Shown piece by piece: positions 24,234-30,046 of a stretch of 30,046 bases of DNA. Position 1 is the stretch's first letter. Each line of letters starts with the position of its first letter. The stretch is from IMG/VR virus record IMGVR_UViG_3300037420_000267, positions 1 to 30,046 of that record; one strand, given 5' to 3'. The notes under the pieces are model-generated. The model ran no database searches, was not told where the DNA came from, and saw nothing but the letters and a program-made list of their open reading frames with translations. Source of the stretch: a virus (Duplodnaviria > Caudoviricetes). The translations under genes and the position numbers were made by a program.

Positions 24234-25028
24234 TTGGCTCGCATCAGAACAATCAAGCCGGACTTCTTCCGGTCTGAGGCAGTCGCCAAGCTGTCTCTGC
24301 GGGCTCGGCTCACGTGGGTGGGCATGTGGACCGCCGCCGACGATTCGGGGCGCATGAGGGACGACGCGCGGCTCGTGAAGTCCGACGTGTGGCCGCTCGA
24401 GGACGAGGTGACCTCGAGCGACGTGGAAGCGGACCTCGCCGAGCTCGCATCCCAGGGGCGCATCATCCGGTACATCATCGACGGCCGCGCCTACATCCAG
24501 ATCACCGGCTGGAAAGAGCATCAGCGGATCAACAAGCCCACCCCGTCATCCATCCCCGCACCCCCTACCGGACCGGAAATGGACGACTTCGGGACCGTTC
24601 CGCTCGACCTCACGGACCTCTCTACGGCTTCCCCGGAGGATTCCACCACAATTCCGGTAGGAGTTTCGGTGGGAAATGGAAGTGGAAATGGAAGTGGAAA
24701 TGGAATAGGAAGTGGAAAGCGCGGGCGTCCCGCCCGGCAAGCCACCCCCACTCCCGAGCACTTCCCCATCACCGACCCCATGCGTTCATGGCATCGGGAG
24801 AACGTCGCCCACATCGACATCAACCGCGAGACAGCGAAGTTCCTAGACCACCACCGCGCCAAAGGCACCGCGTTCAAGGACTGGACCGCCGCCTGGCGGA
24901 CGTGGATGACGCGCGCCGGCGAATACACGCCACCACCTCGAGGCATGTCCTACCGGCCGCCGGCCAACCACGACGCCGACGGTGTGCCGATCCTCCTGCC
25001 CGACACGTCCGGATGGGGGAGCACGTGA
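24234..25028 (+). CDS. Replication initiator (RepA-like)
   Basis: MARIRTIKPDFF, ADD.GR and W.EHQRINKP N-domain; C-terminal F.DHH......KDW.AAWRTW. Upstream of DnaB. Confidence 0.8.
   Translation: MARIRTIKPDFFRSEAVAKLSLRARLTWVGMWTAADDSGRMRDDARLVKSDVWPLEDEVTSSDVEADLAELASQGRIIRYIIDGRAYIQITGWKEHQRINKPTPSSIPAPPTGPEMDDFGTVPLDLTDLSTASPEDSTTIPVGVSVGNGSGNGSGNGIGSGKRGRPARQATPTPEHFPITDPMRSWHRENVAHIDINRETAKFLDHHRAKGTAFKDWTAAWRTWMTRAGEYTPPPRGMSYRPPANHDADGVPILLPDTSGWGST
24672..24719 (+). repeat. Eight tandem GGAANN hexamers within the initiator gene (candidate origin)
   Basis: GGAAAT GGAAGT GGAAAT GGAAGT GGAAAT GGAATA GGAAGT GGAAAG. Confidence 0.85.
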
Positions 25029-25231
25029 CCGACGCGCCCGGCTGGCGCACGACGCTCTACGCCGAACGCGACGAGGTGCACATCGTCCCCGAGCGGGACG
25101 TGCTGGAGCACCGCGAGGACGGCAACGGCTGCATCTGCGGCCCGTACATCGAGTTCCAGTTCAACGCGACCAGAGCCGTCAAGATCGTGACCCATCACTC
25201 AGCAGACGGGAGGGAGAACCATGAGCGCTGA
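25025..25231 (+). CDS. Small hypothetical metal-binding protein
   Basis: GTGA overlap. H..P..D...H.....CICGP...HHS.DGRE motif. Confidence 0.7.
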   Translation: MTDAPGWRTTLYAERDEVHIVPERDVLEHREDGNGCICGPYIEFQFNATRAVKIVTHHSADGRENHER

Positions 25232-25520
25232 CCTCATGCCAGAGAAGTGCGTCGTCTGCGGCCGCGGGCTGTACCGCCGCGGCCACGCCGTCGAAGGCAA
25301 AGTCATGTACCAGGCCAAGGGCATGTGCACGGTCTGCTACCGGAACCAAGCCGATCTGAGGATGACGCCGGCGCAGGCCGCGTCCGCGCTCGTGGGCTTC
25401 ATCACCGAGCGCCGCCGGCGCGGCATCCCCTCAGTGGGCACGATGACAGACAAGTCCTCACGCAAGGACTCCGAGCAGTGGATTGAGGAATACCGGCATG
25501 TCCGATCCCTCGCTGGCTGA
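25221..25520 (+). CDS. Zinc-finger protein, paralogous to 22564..22917
   Basis: CVVC...AKGMCTVCY...RRRRGI. RBS GGAGGGAG. Confidence 0.7.
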   Translation: MSADLMPEKCVVCGRGLYRRGHAVEGKVMYQAKGMCTVCYRNQADLRMTPAQAASALVGFITERRRRGIPSVGTMTDKSSRKDSEQWIEEYRHVRSLAG

Positions 25521-26805
25521 AGACAGCATCGTCGGGGCGATCCTGCTCACCGGCGGGAAGATCCTTGACGAGGTGCCCGTCGTCGCCGCGGACTTCGCCT
25601 CGCCCCGCGCCGCCCGCGTCATCGAAATCTCTGAGGATCTTCGCAAACGCGGGCAAGCCGTGGACCCGGTGACCATCATGGACGCGGCCGCCGCCGACCC
25701 GGCGACGGCGCGCATCATCGAAATCGGCTGGCTGCACGACTGCCTGACCCGCACCCCGTCGGCTGCGTCGGCCGAGTTCTACGCCGAGATTGTGGGCAAG
25801 GAAGCGACCCGGCGCCGGCTGCGGGAGACGGCGGTAGCCATCGCCCAAGAGGCAACCGAAGCGGAAGACGTGGACGCGGCCGTGGAGAAGGCCCGCGGCA
25901 TGATCGAACGCGCCGCCCGCATCGACCCGTCCGCTGTTCAACGCTTCGGCGACACGTTCGATGAAACGCTCACCGCGCTCGAGGGCGCCCAGACGGCGTA
26001 CCCGACCCCGTGGGAAGACCTCACCCGCGCGATCATCGGCTTCGAGCCGGGCCGCGTCTACATCGTGGGCGCCCGCCCCGGCGTCGGCAAGACCGTGTTC
26101 GGGCTCCAGGTGGCGCTGTGGCTCGCCCGCGGCGGGAACGTCGCCTACGTGAGCATGGAGATGAAAGCCCACGAGCTGCACCTCCGCACCCTCGCCAACG
26201 ACCAGAAGATCGACATAACCCGGCTACTGCGGCACCACCTCCAGCAGCAGGATTGGCAGAAACTCGCCGACTCCCACGAACGCCTATCGAACCTGCCCCT
26301 GTTCATTGACGACCGGCCGAACATCACGGTCCCGATGATCCGCCAGTTCGCCCGCAACGTCGCCCGGCAGGGCAAGCTGTACGCGCTCGTCGTGGACTAC
26401 ATCCAGCTCATCTCCCCGCCCCGCGGCATGGAATCCCGCTCCCGGTACGAGATTGTCTCCGACACCTCGCGGGCGCTGAAGCTACTCGCGAACGAGCTCG
26501 AGGTGCCAGTCATCGCGCTCGCGCAGCTCAACCGGGCGACCGAGCAGCGCGGCCAGGAGCAGCCGCCCCGCGTCTCCGACCTCAGAGACAGCGGCTCACT
26601 GGAGCAGGACGCGGACGTGGTGATCCTCATGCACCGCGACCAGACCCCGGAGAAGGCCGGCGAGATGAAGATGCTTGTCGGGAAGAACCGGCACGGCCCG
26701 ACGGCGATCCTCGAGTTCGACTTCTACGGCCACTACTCAGAAATCCGCCAGCGCGGCGGAACAACCCAACCCCACGGAAACTACGGAATGGACAGACAGC
26801 AATGA
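25498..26805 (+). CDS. dnaB: DnaB-like replicative helicase
   Basis: GARPGVGKT Walker A, SMEM, VVDYIQL, AQLNR, DLRDSGSLEQDAD and KNRHG. Confidence 0.95.
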   Translation: MSDPSLAEDSIVGAILLTGGKILDEVPVVAADFASPRAARVIEISEDLRKRGQAVDPVTIMDAAAADPATARIIEIGWLHDCLTRTPSAASAEFYAEIVGKEATRRRLRETAVAIAQEATEAEDVDAAVEKARGMIERAARIDPSAVQRFGDTFDETLTALEGAQTAYPTPWEDLTRAIIGFEPGRVYIVGARPGVGKTVFGLQVALWLARGGNVAYVSMEMKAHELHLRTLANDQKIDITRLLRHHLQQQDWQKLADSHERLSNLPLFIDDRPNITVPMIRQFARNVARQGKLYALVVDYIQLISPPRGMESRSRYEIVSDTSRALKLLANELEVPVIALAQLNRATEQRGQEQPPRVSDLRDSGSLEQDADVVILMHRDQTPEKAGEMKMLVGKNRHGPTAILEFDFYGHYSEIRQRGGTTQPHGNYGMDRQQ

Positions 26806-27011
26806 CCACCGAGAACATTGGGCTCCCCCAGCAGGACATCGAATACTGGGCGCACCGGGCCGACCTCATCGACCTCGACGTGGAAGCCCGCGCACTGCAC
26901 GACGCCGGCCGCGAAGTCACCACCGGCGGCATCCCCTGGGATGAGTGCAACGAGCACGCACGCAACGTCTTCCGCGCCATCGCGCGCAGGGCCAGGGAGC
27001 TATACCGATGA
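26802..27011 (+). CDS. Hypothetical protein
   Basis: ATGA overlaps at both ends. Confidence 0.65.
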   Translation: MTTENIGLPQQDIEYWAHRADLIDLDVEARALHDAGREVTTGGIPWDECNEHARNVFRAIARRARELYR

Positions 27012-27403
27012 CCGAGTGCATCCAGATCAAGGTGACCGGCCAGCCCGTCCCACAGGGATCGGTTAGCGCGTTCCGCGGCCGCGTCGTCGCCGTGAAGGCC
27101 GAGCTGCGGAAGTGGCGCGACGCGATCCGCGCCGCCAGCCTCGAGCAATGGGGCGACAGGCCGCCCATCGACCGACCCGTGACCATCTGGGCCACGTTCG
27201 TCCTCCCGGAGCCCCAGCGCCCCCGCTGGCCCGTCCCAGCCGTGAAGCCCGACCTCGACAAGCTCACCCGCGCCGTCGGCGACGCGCTCACGCACAACAA
27301 GAACCAGCGCGGCATCCTCGCCGAAGACTCGAGGATCATCGGCTGGCACGTCCACAAGGTCTACGGCGACCCCGGAGTCTTCATCCTCATAATGTTCAGC
27401 TAG
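27008..27403 (+). CDS. rusA: RusA-like Holliday junction resolvase
   Basis: G.PVPQGS, WR..I, KPDLDKL.RAV.DAL and EDS.I....K.Y motifs. Confidence 0.9.
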   Translation: MTECIQIKVTGQPVPQGSVSAFRGRVVAVKAELRKWRDAIRAASLEQWGDRPPIDRPVTIWATFVLPEPQRPRWPVPAVKPDLDKLTRAVGDALTHNKNQRGILAEDSRIIGWHVHKVYGDPGVFILIMFS

Positions 27404-27439
27404 TGTCTTCACAACTAGTCGGAAAACGCTTAGACTAGT
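27400..27439 (+). promoter_or_regulatory. Internal early promoter with tandem operator-like sites
   Basis: TTCACA(27408)-N17-TAGACT(27431). CTAGTGTCTTCACAACTAG (27400-18) and CTAGTCGGAAAACGCTTAG (27415-33). Confidence 0.65.
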
Positions 27440-27482
27440 GCCACTCCCACCAAAGCTCCCGAAAAACAGAAAGGCACTCAAC

Positions 27483-27896
27483 GTGCTCACATTCGGAACC
27501 ATCATCGCCATCGTCCTACTCGGCGTCGCGGCCCTCGCCATCCTCATCGCCATCATCGCGTTCGTCATTGACGAACCTGGCACCGGACTATGCTTCATCG
27601 GCGTCGCGCTCATCCTCGCGCTCTTCCCACTCATCGGCTGGCTGCAAATCGGATTCAACCCGGAATACATGGCCTACCGACACGTCGAAGGCAACGTGGA
27701 GCAAGTCGCATCCCGCCAAATCGCCGAGAAGGGCGGCATGTCCCAGCGGTACGTCGTCGTCATCGACGGCCGGCCGTACGCCATTGACGACACCCGCGCC
27801 GCCCTGCTCAAGGCCGGCGATCACATCTCCCTGCAATGCGTCCGAGAGTTCGACTGGGGCTCGACGGACAACGGCTACGCATGCAAGTGGGCGTGA
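27483..27896 (+). CDS. Membrane protein (two TM helices plus a small soluble domain)
   Basis: GTG 27483 after AAAGG. Two long hydrophobic segments. Confidence 0.75.
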   Translation: MLTFGTIIAIVLLGVAALAILIAIIAFVIDEPGTGLCFIGVALILALFPLIGWLQIGFNPEYMAYRHVEGNVEQVASRQIAEKGGMSQRYVVVIDGRPYAIDDTRAALLKAGDHISLQCVREFDWGSTDNGYACKWA

Positions 27897-27897
27897 G

Positions 27898-28257
27898 ATG
27901 AGCTACGACACCACCGCGCAGCAGCGCCCGTCCGTCGTCGCCCTCAAGCAGCGCGGCGAGAACATGACCTTCACCGAGTTCGAGGAACGCGTCCGCACCA
28001 CCTGGCGGGAGAAGGAAGCCGGCCGCAACGGCAAGGACGCGCAACACTACCCGTACAACGAGGACTTGATCGGCTTCAAGCTCAACGCCGCACGACTCCG
28101 CGGCCTCGACTTCAGCGACGACCTCATGCTCACTGCCGCGCTCAACGCTCGCATGCCCGAGCTCGAGCGCGACCGGTTCCGTGCCTGGGGCCAAGAGCTC
28201 AAGCGCCTCGCGAAAGAGATGATCGACCTCGAGAACCAGATCGGCGGTCGCGAATGA
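27898..28257 (+). CDS. Hypothetical protein
   Basis: ATG 1 nt after the upstream stop; phage-like codon usage. Confidence 0.65.
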   Translation: MSYDTTAQQRPSVVALKQRGENMTFTEFEERVRTTWREKEAGRNGKDAQHYPYNEDLIGFKLNAARLRGLDFSDDLMLTAALNARMPELERDRFRAWGQELKRLAKEMIDLENQIGGRE

Positions 28258-28472
28258 ATCCGAACATCGTTCGCGCCGTGTCGAAGCTCGGCTCGGCGCC
28301 CGACCGGTACTTCGCCATCGACGGGCTCAGCAACGAGAGCTACAAGATCTTCACGGAAGAGCTCGAGGCCCAGTATTACGTCGTCGTCGCCCCGCCGCTC
28401 ATCGAAGACCCGCACACGATCATCCTGAGCGCCGCGCTTCGCCGGCAGAACCAGGAGCAGATGAAGTCATGA
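28254..28472 (+). CDS. Hypothetical protein
   Basis: ATGA overlaps at both ends. Confidence 0.65.
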   Translation: MNPNIVRAVSKLGSAPDRYFAIDGLSNESYKIFTEELEAQYYVVVAPPLIEDPHTIILSAALRRQNQEQMKS

Positions 28473-28897
28473 GCCTCAAGAGCAAGCCGTACTTCTGGCT
28501 CGAGTGCGATACGTGTGGCGCCAAATCGACCGAGGACGGCGACTACTCTGCGTGGGAAGATCACGGCGCAGCCGCCGATGAAGCCTATGACCGAGACTGG
28601 CTATCCCTTGACGGGAAAGACTACTGCGACCTCTGCCGCCCCGACCTCTGCGCCGCCTGCCACATGGCGCGCGATGAGGCAGAAAGCCTCACCGAAGACC
28701 ACCGATGCCCGGACTGCGTTGAAGACAACAGCCCGATTCGGCCGTGGCTCGGAGTCCGCCGCACCGCGGACGGCAAGATCATGCACGTCATCCCCCATCC
28801 GAACCTGATCGGCCACTACACCGCGCCGCTCTTCGAGCGGCTGCACCGCAATCACCCCACCGAGCCCTGGCAGGAAGGATGGCCCGAGAATGGCTAG
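28469..28897 (+). CDS. Cys-rich zinc-binding hypothetical protein
   Basis: Four CxxC pairs (CDTC, CDLC, CAAC, CPDC). Confidence 0.7.
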   Translation: MSLKSKPYFWLECDTCGAKSTEDGDYSAWEDHGAAADEAYDRDWLSLDGKDYCDLCRPDLCAACHMARDEAESLTEDHRCPDCVEDNSPIRPWLGVRRTADGKIMHVIPHPNLIGHYTAPLFERLHRNHPTEPWQEGWPENG

Positions 28898-29096
28898 GAT
28901 CATGCTCTACGGCGGCCCGAAGGACGGTGCCGAAGTGAACCGCGAGACGGCGCTCCAGACCATCGTCGTCATCCACGAGTTCGGCGACGAAGACGCGCGC
29001 CAGAAGGCGAACGCCTACTACAAGCTCTCACGCGACCCGCGGGACAACACCTGGCGCGGCGACTACATCTACCCGCACCTCATGCGACGCCAATGA
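28890..29096 (+). CDS. Hypothetical protein (GGP.DG motif)
   Basis: LYGGPKDG N-terminal motif common in small actinophage proteins. RBS AGGA. Confidence 0.7.
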   Translation: MARIMLYGGPKDGAEVNRETALQTIVVIHEFGDEDARQKANAYYKLSRDPRDNTWRGDYIYPHLMRRQ

Positions 29097-29230
29097 ACGC
29101 GTCCACGACGCAGATCCAGAGTGACCATCCGGAGAATTACTGCGCCACGTGCGGGCAATTCTGGCCGGTCACATCCCTCGCCCGCTCTTGCGAGGCGAAG
29201 CACGAACGAGAGACAGCATCATGCCCCTGA
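29093..29230 (+). CDS. Small zinc-finger-like protein (45 aa; not in ORF track)
   Basis: ATGA overlap. MNASTTQIQSDHPENYCATCGQFWPVTSLARSCEAKHERETASCP*. Confidence 0.65.
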   Translation: MNASTTQIQSDHPENYCATCGQFWPVTSLARSCEAKHERETASCP

Positions 29231-29508
29231 CCCCACCAAAACGCGACATCGCCCGATGCTGCTCCCGCTGCACCGGGAAGCCCCACCTCTCGAGCTGCCG
29301 GAAGCCGCAATGCCCCTGCCACATGGGGCACGCCTCGACCATGCGGCTCGAGCCCGCACCCCAGCCCATCCACCGGTGCGAGACCGAATCCTGCATCGAA
29401 TGCCTGACATGCCGGTACTGCGGGAAACCGATGACCGGCACCCCGGCAGAAGAGACTAGAGCGAACACGATCATCGCCCATAGGGCATGCAAAGGAGCCA
29501 TCCGATGA
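29221..29508 (+). CDS. Cys-rich hypothetical protein
   Basis: MPLTPPKRDIARCCSRC...CPCH...CRYCGKP...HRAC. Confidence 0.6.
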   Translation: MPLTPPKRDIARCCSRCTGKPHLSSCRKPQCPCHMGHASTMRLEPAPQPIHRCETESCIECLTCRYCGKPMTGTPAEETRANTIIAHRACKGAIR

Positions 29509-29580
29509 GCACAGGCACAGCGATTCGTCCCAGCGCAATCCCGACAGCGGACCTCAAGGCGCTGATGGGAGGAAGCCGCG

Positions 29581-29796
29581 ATGACCATTAGCGTTGAGGC
29601 GCAGCGCCGCATCGCCGAACAGCTCGAGAAGTTCCCGCCGCACTCTGTCGTCCTCGACGGGCGCGAGCACGCTTGGCAGAAGGATTCCCGCGGCTCATGG
29701 TGGGATGGGCTCACCGGCAGGGTTGTCGCCAACAGCTACCTCGCCCAGCAGGCGCCACTCAAGACGCTCTACGTAGGCCAGGGCAAGGGGCGCTGA
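29581..29796 (+). CDS. Hypothetical protein
   Basis: RBS GGAGG. P..SVVLD....AWQK motif. Confidence 0.7.
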   Translation: MTISVEAQRRIAEQLEKFPPHSVVLDGREHAWQKDSRGSWWDGLTGRVVANSYLAQQAPLKTLYVGQGKGR

Positions 29797-29799
29797 GAC

Positions 29800-30046
29800 G
29801 TGGCATGCGCCTACTGCAACCAGGAGACGCCGGACGACCTCGCCCTCTGCGCGGCCGACATCGGGCGGATCACTCGAACCATCGGAACCACCCCAGGACT
29901 CCTCGCCGACCTCGCCGTCACCATCGCGAAGCAAGCCAAAGTCGCTGACCAGACCCGCAAAGCCAAATCGCTCCACGCTCCCGCCCCCGCGAACCTGGAC
30001 GCCATCGACAAGAAGCACAGGCTGCGCGCCGAGTTCGTCAATGCCG
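29800..30046 (+). CDS. Zn-binding/regulator-like protein (3'-truncated by window edge)
   Basis: GTG 29800: MACAYCNQETPDDLALCAADIGRI...PGLLADLAVTIAKQAKV..., open to the window end. Confidence 0.6.
   Translation, partial: MACAYCNQETPDDLALCAADIGRITRTIGTTPGLLADLAVTIAKQAKVADQTRKAKSLHAPAPANLDAIDKKHRLRAEFVNA

Noticed and set aside
24672-24719. Hexamer repeats or the 16680-16935 repeats as a CRISPR array
   Set aside because: There is no repeat-spacer structure, both lie inside coding sequence, and no cas genes are present.

Overview
About 30 kb from the interior of a high-GC temperate siphophage of Actinomycetota (host probably Micrococcales; inference). It is in the non-integrated, attP-intact arrangement. 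The left arm (1-17.3 kb, + strand) runs scaffold, major capsid, head-tail connectors, major tail, frameshifted tail chaperones, tape measure, minor tails, lysis cassette, then two further virion-type genes. The central leftward block (17.4-19.35 kb) holds two small genes, a complete tRNA-Arg(UCU), a short arm-less tyrosine integrase and an HTH repressor. The right arm (19.5-30 kb, + strand) holds Cro, a Rad52/Sak-like annealase, HNH, a beta-clamp-like protein, a replication initiator, DnaB, RusA and many small Zn-finger or hypothetical genes. The main observation is a degenerate tRNA 3'-half, a probable attP, lying antisense inside the repressor gene at ~19009-19043. Its loop differs from the tRNA-Arg(UCU) anticodon loop by one base, so integration into a host tRNA-Arg(UCU) would turn repressor codon TAC into TAG and remove 35 C-terminal residues. 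The phage arm cannot rebuild the host tRNA, and an intact phage tRNA-Arg(UCU) sits right after int, which suggests integration-dependent immunity coupled to tRNA-dependent lysogeny. Also found: a recurring CTAG-N11-CTAG operator-like motif at four loci, in-frame internal starts in the lysin and in a DUF4082-like gene, a nested CBM-like duplication in a tail protein, a domain insertion in the capsid, and several small ORFs missing from the supplied track. All family assignments are from motif recognition only; no searches were run.
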